Assembly (NCBI GenBank): GCA_028023455.1
Contig: JAQFVV010000005.1
Location: 15,686,001 to 15,750,000, forward strand
Length of the DNA: 64,000 nucleotides
DNA from: Epiperipatus broadwayi
Taxonomy: Eukaryota; Animalia; Onychophora
Reading direction: 5' to 3'
Shown here: positions 38,201 through 52,983 of the stretch, piece after piece
Position numbering within the stretch: the stretch's first letter is position 1
Layout: each line of letters opens with the position of its first letter
Position numbers and translations under genes: made by a program
Notes under the pieces: generated by a model
The model's input: only the letters and a program-made list of their open reading frames with translations
Database searches by the model: none
What the model was told of the DNA's origin: nothing

Positions 38201-41200
38201 ATACTCTGAAAGTGAATTGAACAAGTTTGATCATAACTACTACTGATTTGAAGCAAAAAGATCTGAAAAATACCTGTGTAGTAATCTCACCCTAGATTGC
38301 TTCAGTTTCAAACATCAGAGTAATATTTGTTTCTAACTCTGTAGTGGAATTTTTTAGCATCATGATCATCATTGGAGGTCAAAGATTTTTTTTCCATCAC
38401 CCACGTTTTATTGCAGCAATACCACCATTCATAACACACAAAGATTTTGGTGTGGAATTATTTTTTTTATTATTATTTTTCTTCATTAATCTCACTTTGT
38501 ATATCAGGGTAGCAAATTTTTTTCTTTATAAAGTAATTAATCTAAATTGACATATTGCTAAGAATATGTGTGTGTGTTTTCATGTATATTTATGTAATTC
38601 TAAATCACAGCTTATCATTTTTTGTACTACTAACTTTAAAATCTATATATGAAGTTAAAAGAAAGGTAATAATTTCTGACCTGATAGAGGATGATCGGTA
38701 ATCATTTACGTGTTTATTCAAATGCATAGTGGAAATGCTATGCCTGTAAGGTGAATTGATATAATACGTATTTATATATATGTAATATAGTAAAGTAGCC
38801 TTAAATAATCTACAGTGTAAAGGTGTTTCCTTCATGAAGAAATATTAATGGTGAACATATTATATACCATAATAATAACTACCAGATGGGTGATTGCTTT
38901 TACCATTTTCCCTTTTTTTTTTTGTTGTTGTGATTTTCAATTTGTAGCTGAATATCCATAGTTAGCTGTGTTTGGGTTAAGGTCTATTACTGAAAATATT
39001 CCAAAATTCATCTAATTTTGAACTCTGGACAATCAGCATTTAGCAACCTGGTAAATAAATAATACCTTTTCTTCAATGCCTTTTTTAGTGGTGGGAATGG
39101 AGGCAGGAGGATATTGGAATGTTCTTTCCCTGCAGAGAAAGTTATTTAAAGGCTATTTTATGTATGCATTTTTTGATTTTGTGTGTAGTAAATGCATGTG
39201 CATTACAAACATTTGTTATTGAGTGGAAATAATGTAATAGCTCAAAAGACATATTCTACCTCATGGTCATGGCGGAACCTAATTGGCAAGTAATTGAACT
39301 GCATTGGTTCATTGGGTGGACATGTAAATAAATTCCCGCTTTCCTCTCTAATTATTTCAATTAGAATATATGTTATATCCTTTTCACGAGGGATTCATAT
39401 ATTATTGAATCACATTTTATTGTATTAAATTTATTGACTGAACAGACTAATTGTAAAAAAAAAATATTTAATTACACAAAAATGCACATACTTCTATAAT
39501 AAAAAGAGCAAATTTTAGTGTTTTTGGTGCATATTTAAACTTTAATATTGCTTGGCAATATTTGATGTAAAATAGACAAATTTTTTATAGTCCATATATA
39601 TTTGGCCATGCTAGAGGACTAAACTCAATCAAATAGTGTAAGCATGCAATAATATATATATACACTTTCACAATAAAATATAATGAGTCTATTTATATAA
39701 AAAAACTTTGATTATTATTTTTATGTGGTTTACAAATATTTCAACCTTTAGCCTATCTGACAAAACTAGATTGTAATCAAAACTTAGGTAGTATGAGAGA
39801 TCTATTTGTTAATAGCAGTTGTTAATATTGAAATTTAAATCTGCACTAGGAAGTACTAAAGTTTGCTTCTGATTTATTACAAATTTTTCTATCACAGTTT
39901 CTATTATTATTATTATATACAGTTTTCAACTTTGAATTTAAATTTGCAAAAAACTTTATTCTTCAAATTTTTTTCTCAATATAGTTTTATCTTTTAGACC
40001 TTATCATCGTTTGTACTATACCTGTTACATTCCTACAAATACTTAACTTTCAGACAGTTATCATGGGCTTTGAATTCAATCTACTTTATGAGTTTTTTGC
40101 TCCACTTGTACTGTTTGGTTTAATTATAGATCTGAAATTTATGTTAAAATTGTTTTAAATTTGAATAAACTTTGTCAGCCAAACTTTTATGTGCCATTTG
40201 TCATCAAACGTATTATCATATCTATGCTCAAATTTTTTAAACTTCAAAATTACTCTTAGACAGAGTCAGCCTGAGAAAAAGCGAGGCCCAGAGCAATGTT
40301 TTCATGTGGGGTGGGTATCTTTTACTCATGATGAAAATACTTAGATATTTTTAAAAAGTGATCTTACTTATTTGCTGATATAAAGATATTACTTTACAAT
40401 TATTACAAATCAAATCAAAAATGATTCTCTTTGTTAAAATTTTTATTTAATTTGAATGAGAATTGACTAAAAAAAAAAAATTCAAGAAAATAAAATATAA
40501 TTTTTTGCATTATGTGTATTTTATTTTGTTTACTTAAAACAAAATTGCACAAATTAATACTTAAAATGTGTAAATAATTATTTATTTATGATTATTTATA
40601 AATTTTAAATACAGCTTTGTGCAATTTTATTGAATTAATATTCGTGAATACAAAATAAAATATATGCAATGCAAAAAATTATATTTTATTTCCTTGAATG
40701 TTTTATTGCAAATCTGTTAATAACATCATATTTTTTTATGCGAATTCTGAAAATTGCTAATGAAGAGAATCATTCTTGACCTCTGCTGATTTCACATTAA
40801 CATGATCAGAACATTGTGAAATATTTAGGCATACATATTGTACTTGGCTGAAAAATCTACATCATCATACAAACAGTCTTTTTATACTCTGTATTAATTC
40901 AACATGATAGAGTCTTCAAATTACAAAATTTTGGCAGAAAAAAAGTAAACATAATTATATTTAACAAGTAGTAAAACATTTTATTTTTTGATTTTCACAG
41001 AAAGCATAGATCATGCAGGCACAAGGACTTGATAATTATATATCTTAGTGTGGTTGCACCATTCGCACTACCTTTGGGCCGGCTCTGCTCAGAGAATTTA
41101 TAACCATTCTTTACATGCATATATAGAAGGTCCCAAAACTAAGTCATTAATACATTTTCTTGCCACATCCATGATCTGTGATTCAAATCCAGGCTGAGTT

Positions 41201-43599
41201 CTAATAGGCTTAAGATTTTCTAGTAGATATTATATCCTATTTAACTATTATCTAAATTGTTCAATAAATGTTAAATCTACGTTTAATTATAGAGACAATC
41301 AAGGATGGGAAATCTAAAATCCTCACCACTCTGCAGTTGTCAAGCATGGGAAGTACTGCATTCTTCATTATTTTCTGGGGGATGGCAGGAGAAATATTGG
41401 AGCGACCTTGTTCTGTAGCGAGTTGTTTAAAAAATCTGAGATTTTAAATAATCATTACTCCACGCTAATTGAAAATAAAATTTACCAACTATCTTTTCTC
41501 TCACCTCGTAGTACTTTATATCCATAATAAGTCCATAAATAGGCTTAGTTTTTTTATATTTTATTTTATTTAAATAGCATCGTAAGGCGTTGACCAGTCA
41601 ATCATTGAATGAAATTCGAGAACATGTAATTCTCAAAAACTGAAGAGAATGAAATCAAAAAAAAATTTATTAATATTCATACAGGTCTTTAAAATTAGTG
41701 ATGGATCTCAGAATTATTTGCTTATAACATATAGTAATTATTTAATGATTATTTATTTTTGATAAAAATGAAAACGTATTTAGTAATAAAAGTACTTTCT
41801 CATATGTCCAAGTATTTTTACCTATTTTAAATTAATGTATCTGCTCTTTATAGTTGAGTGTAACGGTAGTGATAGTCTTAAGAACTTAAGGTTTCTGGAA
41901 CAAAATTTAATCTGTCATTTATGGTGTTTGAATAATCACGTTCTCCCAAGCAATTAATCATTTGATTATATATATTATTAGAAAATTGAAGCTACTATCT
42001 ATATTACTATTTGTTTCTTTTGGCCTTCTATGGTTTAGCACTATGATCGAATAATATGACTTAAGAGATAAAAATTTCAGGTCCATGCTAGTGCAAAAAT
42101 GTCACATGATTTCCCTAGCAATTAACTATTTGATTATTTAATATATGATTGACTGAAAAAAGTGAACAAACTAACAGTTGAAAGCTAATCTACACTTAAT
42201 TATGAGTTTCTTTTAAAATTTAAGTATTACAAATAAAATGTATTTTAATTCAATTTTGCTTAAATAAAATTGATAATCCTAAGCAGTAGTCAATTTCTCA
42301 TTTCATTCTAATTCTTTACTTACGTATCCTTAGGGTTTTATTGTTATTTTCTATAACTTTACAAGATCAGACCAATCTGGAAATGGGGATTTTACAATGC
42401 AGTAAACTCAAATTTATAGTAGATGGTTCTAGAATAGAGTGAATCTAACTGTTCTATTCCATCATCAAAATCATTAATAGTTAGTTGTAAATGAATAGGA
42501 TAATTCATAGAAAAATAAAATGTCCAAAATTAGAAAACAAAAAAGGAAAAGCTTAAAGTCAGAATTGCTGTGTGTAGATAGACATGTGGTTGCCCAAACA
42601 CAGTTCCCTTCTCACTGTTACTGCTGAAGAATTAGCCATGACAGGAAAATCTCACAATAGTTAAATCCTTTACTATGCCAAATTCTTAAAGTTAGTAAAA
42701 TAAAAGTACAGAAAGAATTATGCTGATTTTTATATTTATAAAGATATTGTATAATAATTCAATTCTCTATTCTCGACAAATAATACTTACACAGGTCAAG
42801 TTTCAGGTAAACTTTCTTCATTAGTTGTAAATCAAAACAGGTTTGAATCTTATTTGAGATAAGCTAATTTCACTTATTTTATTTTAAAACGTGAAAGATG
42901 AAACATTATTAAATCCATACTCTTTATAGATAACAAATCTTAGCATTAATTTATCTGTAAAGTATATGTCTTTTACTTCATGAAGTTCACAATTGTTAAT
43001 TTGTTGCTTTTTACATAGTTAATAAGAACATCTACAAATGTATTCTAGTTACTTAGGAACCTAATTCCATTTTATATAAAATTCACTAATTGGATATATA
43101 TATATTAATGGTGAAATTTGTGAAAAATAAATTATAATTTCATTCTAACCAAAATGAAATCTGCTTGATTGAAACCTATTTTAATCTGGAGTTAAGTGTT
43201 GAAAATTTTCCAGACTTGTGAGACTTGTATTATTATAATTCACAGTTTGCAATTTGATTATTCTATAATATTTTACATTGTGAGGACACTTAAATTAGGT
43301 TACAAAGCAATGCAGTCACTCTTAAATCCATTTTTTTTTTTTAAATGGAAACGCAAATACATATTAAGACAAATTTAAGCATTTTTGCAAAATAAAATCA
43401 AAGTATTTAAAAATCAGTGAGATTTTTTATTTTTATTTTAAAATGGCTGTGATTTCTTAATTCATTAATGATCGTGCCCTACAGTTTGCAAAAATAATGT
43501 ATTAATTTATGCCTTGTGAAATATTTCCCCCCATATATCTGATACAATTTATTGACAAGTCCATGAGGGGATGATGTAATATTTTGTATTTAAAAAACA

Positions 43600-44000
43600 C
43601 TAAGTAATACACAACTTCAATCTTTTTAATATTAAAATAATACAGAGTTAAGAATGGAATTGTATTAATCTGACTGTGTGTATAGTTTCCAACAAATGCA
43701 AATAAAGAATATGTTTTGGAGATTGTATTAAATTTTGCAGTTTCAGAAACCATATGAAAATGACGGCAGCTAGAAGTCAATTAATCCTTATAAAGAATTA
43801 AGACTTTTGACTCATTTTTTACACATGAAATTTTAATTTTGTTATAAAGTTGAGTCTTATAAATTATTGTACATATTGAAGATTTATCTAAGCTATTAAT
43901 AAAACTTACAAAGGCAAATAGAAATTCAGGTGTTGCACACTTTGGTATCGTGCTTTGTTCTATAATACCAACACATGACTTTCTCAACTTAGTCATATTT
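43600..44000 (-). mobile_element. Possible decayed Penelope-like RT C-terminal region
   Basis: FVSFINSLDK..LYKD*LTSSCRHFHMVS..AKFNTISKT loosely resembles the PLE pattern FL.HLNS....VYRKPT.T.RYLH..S.H...K..VI.TL. Confidence 0.35.
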
Positions 44001-45646
44001 TTACACTACTCTAGAGACTTCTGTTGTATGCCTGAAATTCAATGATACCAGATGTTATGGTGTAATAATATCTATGAGATTGGTTTTGCCTTCACCAGTG
44101 AGGATTTAGAATTCTAAGTTGGAACCAATGTTCTTACACATTTAGCAATCATTTTTTATTTCTTATACTATCATGATTTGTTCATTTGTCAACTTTCTTC
44201 TTGGTAAAATTTTCAAATCTAATTGAATCTGTTTGGAAAATATCTCTTATTCGTAATTGGAAGATTAGAGTTAGTACCATGAAGGTCATTCATTTATGAA
44301 GAGCCCCTAGTTCTAAAATCTTAAATCTCAAAGAAGTACTTAGATTCCTGATGAAGTGATCTAGATAAAAATAGCCACAAACATTTTATTTTTAGTTTCT
44401 ATAATTGTAACAGTTTTAATACTAATAACACCCTTTTTTTTACAAATATTATTTGGGATTTTAGATACTATTATTAATATATATGTGCACACATACATAT
44501 GTATATAATATTAAATAAATTGTTTATTATATTTATCAGGGTAATCATTTAGTAATATATTTATCTATTGAAATTCTGATATAATGTATTTGAAAAATTA
44601 TGAATTATATGTAGAATGTTAAATTTCTGTGTTTTTTTTCTTCCTCACCCGAATGTTATTCCACCCCCACCCCCCCACATAGTACCCCCCTCCCCCAGTA
44701 GAAATAAAATCCAATGAGAGCTATACCGTAATAGTCATTTGATTAACATAATTTTAAAATATTATTAAAAAGGTCAAAATTTAAATTATCAAGTATTTTT
44801 ATTTTTAAAAAATGAATCTTTTTTTCAATACTATTTATTAATATTGTATATACTTTGTAATAATCAACAGTGAGATTAATTTATGAAAAATACATTTGAA
44901 AATATTAAACGGTTTATTTGTTACTCTTATATATAGTGCTGCCCTCTTTTTTTTTAATTTATTAAAAATAAAGCTGAATTTGTAGTGAACTATTATTTTT
45001 TAAAACGCTTCTTTTATAAAGAAGTAAACAGTAAAATGTTTTTAACTCTAAAATTGGATAACAATATATATATTTCTTCTAAATCATTTTTATAAAGACG
45101 ATGTTTGTTTAGAAATCTCAACAGAATATATTTGATGTATATAAATTATTTATTGTTTTATTAGAACAAATGTATTATGAATTAATAGAATTTAAAAACT
45201 TTTGTTTTATTCTTACTTAAAAGTAATAAAGTTAATGTGAAATAAAAAGGATTCTCATACTAATGTTGTGTGGTGTCTTATTAGGAATTGTGTTGATGTT
45301 ATTGTATGTATATTTGTAAATAAAATTTTAATCTGCACTTTTATTCGCACATACAGTACAGTATATGCCCTTTTTTTAAAAATAAAAAAAAACACACAAA
45401 AAAAAAATAAAGAAAATGTTTAATGTCATTTAGTAATGGCAGCTAGTAAAAAGAATGTAATAAATAAGAATCCATTTTTATGCATTTCACACAATTTTTA
45501 TTTTTTTAAAATTAAGTTAATGACATCATAGCTTTAAAATGTACAGAATGTATAAATATATTATGTCATCAAATTATACCCACCATACTAGCTATTCCTC
45601 TGCAGTTGCGTTAATTATTGTAGAGTTACAAATAGCTATTTTTTTT

Positions 45647-45754
45647 TGTTTGTTTTAAGTGTCATAGCATCGGCCGGGACGCGAACCCGCAACCCGGGCA
45701 ACTGCCTGCAAGTGCAAGGCAGTCGCGCTGACCTCTCGACCACCAATGCAAGAC
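45647..45754 (-). mobile_element. Short tRNA-Gly-like SINE or tRNA retrocopy with A-rich tail and 15-bp TSD
   Basis: Core 45667-45749: GCATTGGTGGTCGAGAGGT..GGGTTCGCGTCCCGGCCGATGC with a 7-bp acceptor stem and A/B boxes. TSD atagctatttttttt at 45632-45646 and 45755-45769. Confidence 0.88.
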
Positions 45755-46584
45755 ATAGCTATTTTTTTTACTCAGATTTAAATAGGAAAAAAGTGTTTTA
45801 AATTAAAACAACATTGCTGAATACATTTTTTTTTTACTTTACATGATGCCTGTAATAGTTCCTTCTTTATTAAATTGTTCCTTTATGATGGTATTTTTCA
45901 CTTCAATTTTAAAAATAAATTGAATTAATAGCTCTGGAAGCTTTTGTATAAAACTGCCCTTGTGAAAAATAGGATTCTACTAATTAAATTGATTATTAAT
46001 CTAGAATCTGCAGTAAATAAATAATTAGAATCTATATTTCAGTCCAGTAAATTACATTATCATCTCTATTAGAATCTATGCAATGATTAATTTTTTATTA
46101 TTAATTAAAACAAGTTACCTTCAAATTATCTTGTAGTCTATACATGAAAATTAGAAAATGATAACTCATAAAAGTTAAATAGAATTTTTTTGCTTTTAAA
46201 CTTATTTGTATTTATTTCAAAGTATATGTCTAGAGATTGTTGGAGAAATTCTTATAAAGTAGAATATAGAAACAACTGTTTTGTATATTTCAGTATACAT
46301 TATTATAGAAATATTAATTACATATATAAATATCTAACTCAAATATAACATTTTATATTTAATTATTTTACATTTAATCGTACTTTTTCAAATTATGCTT
46401 TAATTTAATTTGAAGTAAAGGAAATTTATTTAAGAGTCCTTAATATTATTAATATAATATGGACTTTTGATTTAAATTAAAGCACAATTGGAAAACTAAA
46501 TGATTATATATAACCAGACTTCGTTGACTAAATTCCATCACTCTTTTCCTTAAAAAACAAAAAATAAAACACTGATTATGATAT

Positions 46585-46960
46585 TTTTTTAACATATATT
46601 TATTCTTTTACTAATTGACCAGAGCAAATTTACTGTTAAATAGATAATTATTAATAGTTCTTTTTAATACAAATGCTGCGTTTCTGCTTAAAATGTTTAT
46701 TTTGCCCATTCTGAAATCATATATATTAGACTCTTGTAAAGGAGTTGCCAAAAGTATTCATAATAAAGTAATGTTTATCTAAGAGGAGAAATTCAAGTTC
46801 TATTTTTCCTGTGTTAAATAAGTCCACAATTATTTCATAAATTGCAACTTTTTTCTTTAACATATATTTAATTTAACCAGAGCAAATTTATTGTTAAATA
46901 AATAATTATTAATACTTTTTCAGAGTACTGTATTTTTTATTACAGATGCTCTTTTCTTAG
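46585..46960. repeat. ~100-bp imperfect direct repeat
   Basis: ttaacatatattt..accagagcaaattta.tgttaaata.ataattattaata at ~46590 and ~46858. Confidence 0.8.
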
Positions 46961-48169
46961 ATTTTTAACAACAGTTTGTTCTTTTTTATAAGAGTTGTCA
47001 TTTTAGTTTATATTAACAATTTACAACCAGGATCGTTAGCGAACTACGTCATTTGGTACTACTTCCATCTCACTTATCATTTTATAGATGAATAAATTTG
47101 AATTAGATAGTATGAAGAGACTGAAAAATACTGAGTTCAAACCTCTATTTAAATGTATGCTAATATATATATATAAACAATTTTGTTATATTTAGATGAT
47201 TTCATAATATATAGTTATATATTTTGTATATTTTATAGACCTGAAGACATTTATATAGTGAAAATTGTAAACATTAAGTTCACTAAAAAAAAAAAGCATA
47301 GAAATAAGGACATAATATATTGATTTTATTATGATTAATCAAATAAAGTGAGAACAAAAGTGGATTTTTTTTATACATGCTTATAAAAACAGCAAATGTA
47401 GGTATAGGATATCATTTACAACTAGTCCAAAGTATAGTTTTAATATAAATACACAATGGAGTCTGTTAAAACGAATTAATTGTTCTAGAGTGCATTTTTT
47501 ATATCGTGGGTTCATTGAAATACACGTATTCAGTTACAATCCATTTCACATTTATGGTTCAGACCAAACTTATCATCTAAAATAATTTAGGAAGGAAAAA
47601 TTAAAATGTAAAATTACATATATAACTAATTATTGTATATACTGTCTATATTTTAAAGAAGACAAAGCCATCTTTTAAAAGCATATAATTAAAAGGTAAG
47701 CTTATTTTTCTTCCTGTGGGAACAACCTGCAGCAATCCCGTCTACACTAGAAGCCTTACCATGCCTTATAACACAATAATCCTGTTGTTTTCCTGAACTA
47801 GATGAAGTAAAACTTCTTTGCAGGAACAATATTTGTACAATAAGACACAACAAAATTTTTTTAAAAATAATTAATCTTTTCATAAATGATTATTGAAGCT
47901 ATCACATGACATTCACTTTGGATTAATCCACATTAACAAATAATATTCCATTAGTTTCATTTTATTACAATATAAATCAAGCTGAAATTCTTTTCACTAT
48001 ATGTATATTTTTTAATTTGTCATTTTTAAAAATTGGTATGGATTCAGAATTTAAATCGCCAATCATTTTATAGCTTTCTCTTTTAGAATTTTTTCCCCCA
48101 ACTTAAATACTGATCAAATTTGTAATATTTTCTGACTCATGATTCAAGTTAATATTTTTATAAGTATGA

Positions 48170-51100
48170 AGAACAAAACTAATAAAGTTGACTCAAAAGC
48201 AGAAGAAAAAGTAAATATAAATAAGCTCTCAAAACATGTTAATAAGGTGTAATAGATTACATACAGATAGCAAATACTTGTAACAAATATGGTCATTCCA
48301 ATTCTAAGAAATGGAAAGAAAAAACTGCTCTAGAACTGAGTTTTGCAATGATAATACTAACCAATGTATAAACCACAAACACATCTACATATAGAACATG
48401 TTGGTTCATTTTTCTGTTTTATTAGTAGAAAACTTTTCAGAAATATTTCAATAGTATTGTCCAATTGTAACTCCATTATATCATTCTCTGCCATGTCTTC
48501 CCAAGTAAATAATATCAGATTTTAAAATATTTTTGAGGTAATCCATAAAATGTAGAGGGAATCTACTTCTTGCCTAAAAATCATGCTCGAGTTCATTATA
48601 AAATACCCATTTAGGATATTTTGCATGTTCAACATAGATGTAATTTTATAATAGTGGATCTAGCATATCACATCCAACAAGTTGAAAAACATTGATTGAC
48701 CTTGTGATCTTCGCATTATATTTTTAAAATTTTATGCAACATTCTTAAAAGAAACTTCTAATACATCAATAGGGTAGGATATCTAAGTCTCATTTTCAGA
48801 CAATAAATTAGGTAAAATAACAGCTCTATATACATATAAATTTGTTGCAGTAATTACTTTTTCCATGATGTCTTAACTTGTTAACGCAATAGCAGCACAT
48901 GGGAATCTGTGTAATCCCTTAACATCTAAATTCACCTTCCTACTAGCAAAACTGCCAAAGTATTTCAAGTTGGTTTACATTCTTAAGTTATAATTATTCA
49001 AGCTAAAAGTTGCTGAGGATTTTAATTTAATCATTATTAGATGAAGAACTTTAATTATTAAACCAAAGTCTTTCAGTATTGCCTTCAAAACATGAAGTAT
49101 ATTTTATAAATCATTTTTTTGAAATGGTAAAAAACCCTCATTTGTATTCTGTAAATCCAAGAAGATAAAATTCTTGTTTTTGCTTTTAATCAATTTTGGT
49201 GGGCAACCAACTAATTTCAAACAATGTCGTATATCTGTTTTATTAACTGAATTACATGCTTTGACTAGATCAATAAACTCTTGTTTCTGATACTTTTCTC
49301 GAATTTGCCTGGCAAAGAAAACTATATTGTGCTCCTTGATTTTTTAAAACCACAGTCTGGTAACCATTTAGCAATGACTTGAAGCAAACTATTCAACGAA
49401 ATCCTTGAAAATACCTTTGCTATGATTATAATACTTGATAATTGCTGCAATCTTGTATTTTATTTTTAAAAATTAGATTAATAGAACCATTTTTATCATA
49501 CCTTCATGGGTCCATATATTCCTAAAAAATTCCAATATTTTTGAAGCTATCATATTTTAAACTTTTCCAAGTATTTCATCAAGACCTGAAGCCTTTTCAT
49601 TTTTATGATTACAGAAAACTATTTTGATTTGAGTAGGCTGGATATTTTTTGTCCAAATCTAAGTGATTAGGTAAAATTGTTATATCATCAAAAGTTATTT
49701 CAGTTCTTATATAAATATTCAGAAGATTATCAAAATATTACTTCCATCTGTTAAAAATGTCACCATCATATGAGTGACATTGTTAGATTTAATAGTATTG
49801 TGATACCATTTCTCAGATCCATATGTTGTTTTCAGTGTGTCAGTCAATGAATATACATATATTCTTTACAGATTTAATTCACCTATAATTTTGTTGAACT
49901 TCTGCCTACAGATTTCTATACTTATGATCTTCCACAAGCAGAAAATGCCCCATTTTATTTCAAATCAAATTACTAACGATAAGATCACTGTCAGAAAATA
50001 GAACATGATTCTTTCTTTTAGTGAACCCAAGAATGATTTAATTGTATCCATAGCCCTAGTTTAAGAGAATTCAATGCTTCAGTAATTGGGTATTTAATAA
50101 CTATTGATATTTAATACATAGATTCTTCTAAAGAACAAACAATTTTTTTGTGAATTTGGTTGGAATAATAGGTATCTATTTTTTTATTATTATTATATTT
50201 TAATCTCAAAACATACTAATCTATGAGCCAACAATCTGCACTTGTAAGGGTTCAAGTAATATAAACTCTTGCATTCTGACTTTTGAATATAATCTATAAA
50301 ATGCTATTGTTTGAGTGTGGATGTATCCATGTACCTTTATAGTGGTTTTTCTGCCTAATAAAGTGTTTGTGATAATTAATCCATATGTTGCATAAAAATT
50401 CAATAACAGTCTTTGAATTTACTGCACCAATACTATTATTTCCAATGACTTTTGGCCAAAGTCTACTATTTATCTAAATGTACATTGAAGTCTCCAAGAA
50501 AATTTTTTTTTGATTTTTAATGGCATTGCAGTAGTAATGCTATCCAGTAAGGACTAAAAGCTTTTTGAATCTAAGATTAGAGCATAAAATGAGTATTATT
50601 GTGCAAGAAATTTTAACGAGCCAATTCCAAAAACAAGATATTGAATTAAGACTTTACAGCAAATACATCTTGCATTCCTGTTTCACTGACTGATCTGTTC
50701 TTCCATAAAAATTTATGGCTATATATTTCTATTAAACTTTCTTTGTGATGACAAGTTTCACTGAGAGAAGCTACATTAATCTTAAATCCTCTTGAAAGCT
50801 CTTTAACTATGAGTACAATCTTCTGTTCTAATGTTGAAGAGTCTGTATCAAATAAAAGTTCACACATTCCATATACCTATATTTAAGAGAGAAAAAAGTA
50901 TCTTCAGTACTATCCATTGCCTTGTGAATTACCATTACTAATTATTATTTCCATCACTATAATCAGGCATGACAACTGACCCAGACTGTGAGACCAGGCC
51001 ATTTTTAGGCTGCATTTTCTAGGCCTTTCCACTTTTGTGACAAGTTGGGAGATCCCTAAATAGAGATGCCTAATTATACAAACTTTTTCTAGATGGAACA
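48170..51100 (-). mobile_element. Decayed near-full-length RTE LINE of BovB/RTE-1 type, distinct from the 1-11.7 kb family
   Basis: WNV (50863-50871)..LIVKELSR..INVASLSET, LGDFN (50484-50498), GLIITNTL, TWIHPHSKQ, LPDCGF..RSTI and GCPPK motifs in order, with many stops and frameshifts. Confidence 0.82.
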
Positions 51101-51941
51101 TTTTCAAGAGAAATTAGTGAATATACTGTCTCAAGGAAAGGTTATGACTAAGGCCTACCAACCTGCTAAGTCTTATTGCTTTTTTAATATTCATGGAACA
51201 AATAAAAAAAGGGATTTAGAATTAGAAATGTTGCATGTTTAATTAAAAAATGGAAATATGGTTGCATATATACAGAATGCCATTGCTGCAATATATGGGA
51301 TATGACTAATGGCATGAGAGGCTCATGATGAGTGGTATCTTTACTAACTTAACTGACTGAAGAAGGGAGACAGAAAAGATTTGGAAACAATTGTCTTTGA
51401 TGAACCAATACCCTATTCTACAAAGAAGTAATACTTTTAGCCAGACACTGCTTGCTATTCACACTTAACCTTCCTATCTGAAGATCATTCCACTATCTAC
51501 CTCCTGTGAAGCCTATTAGTAATCTGAGCATCGCACCTGGATTTGATGCTTTACAAAAAGCTTAAACACTACAAAGTCTTACATATATCTGCCAGTAGCA
51601 CAGAACTTTTATTTTGGCTGGTGGCATTATCAATTCAGTGATTCCATGCTTAGCATTAGATATCCACCATTTTTATTTTATATCAATATTATCAGATTTC
51701 AAATTAGGTTTTGATGACTCATTTCTAAAATTATTACAGTATACACATTTAGAATATCCTTAATTAAAAAAATACAGTATGCAAATTTTTACTGTAAAAT
51801 TAGCAGAGCTTACATGCCTAAGAGAATACTTTTTAATATTTTTGCTGCTAAAAAGAATTTAATTTTATGCAGCAAAAAATTCTAGTGATGATTATATATC
51901 TGCATTTGTTCTATAAATCTTGAGAAAAAATGTTTATTTTA

Positions 51942-52046
51942 GGTCTTGTGTTGTTAGCCGAGAGGTATCGCAGCTGCCATGCAAGCAAGTAGTTGGTTGC
52001 AGATGGTTGTGGGTTCGCGTCCCGGCCGATGCTATGACATATGGAA
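51942..52046 (+). mobile_element. Second, more diverged copy of the tRNA-Gly-like SINE with 17-bp TSD
   Basis: Shares the gtcttg leader and gggttcgcgtcccggccgatgctatgaca. TSD aaaaaatgtttatttta at 51925-51941 and 52047-52063. Confidence 0.85.
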
Positions 52047-52794
52047 AAAAAATGTTTATTTTATTAATTAAATGCTATCTAGAAATCTTCATAGTAGCTG
52101 ATCCTACTGTACACATTAAACGAAAGATTTATAATCATATTATGGGTACTGCTATACAATTTTTTTGTCGGATTTTCTCACCATGTTTTCATATGTTGTT
52201 ACTGGTCATGGATTTTTGTTTTAATAAAAATTTATATATTTTAGGTTTAAGTTTTCTTAGTAAATAGAAACTAAACTCTATAAATATTGTTTTTGGATTA
52301 TGAATTTAGACAATCATTTAGGTCAGCTACAAAAAATATTTTAAAATAAAGTAAGATTTAAAAAAAAAAAAACATCAAAACAATAAATGATTATTTAAAT
52401 TAATATTTTTAAACACCAACATTTTTAAATGCCCATTATACTGTATAATTTGAGACAAGCGTTTTGCAACTATAGAATTTATTGATTTATATATTATTTC
52501 TGATTTATTGACTAAATTACCAAATGCTGTAGATTGTTATGCAAATTCTGCTATATATGAGGATAGCTTATCAAGCAAGTTTTAAATCAGGATGAAATCT
52601 AATACATTCGAGATGCAACCATGAATGCATTTCTTACTCATTTTAATGCCCATATAAGTAAAAAATTATATATACGTAAGGTAAAGTTTATACTGCTTTT
52701 TACATTTCTGGAGAAATGTGGACTAGAATATGATAGAAAATATTCTTTAAACAAATATATAGTAAATAACTACAAATATACCAACAATATATAT

Positions 52795-52931
52795 ATAAAC
52801 AGGCAAAAACTCTCCATACAGTAGTGCCACCTTGTGCTAACCGGAGTAATCGATGGATGCCAGAAGGCTTGTGCATAAAATCCCTATCTAGTGCCTACTC
52901 ATCCAATATCCCCAGACTAGTTTCTGGCTTG
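52795..52931 (-). mobile_element. Subfamily A hammerhead element 3' part, truncated within stem II
   Basis: Matches 62243-62378 up to gactagtttctggcttg. Confidence 0.85.
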
Positions 52932-52983
52932 CAGCATGAGATGGTGATCATGTAATATATATATAGTTTCTAGAATCCCAGCG

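Noticed and set aside
38201-45340. Long APPBP2 3'UTR with AATAAA (e.g. 39054-39059) and Pumilio-like TGTAHATA sites
   Set aside because: Such motifs are expected by chance in very AT-rich DNA; the transcript end cannot be placed without RNA data.
45667-45749. Functional tRNA gene
   Set aside because: Non-canonical anticodon and variable arms, plus TSD and A-tail, indicate a retroposed copy.
47689-47883. Possible minus-strand exon with a GTAAGG donor
   Set aside because: No recognisable peptide or partner exons.
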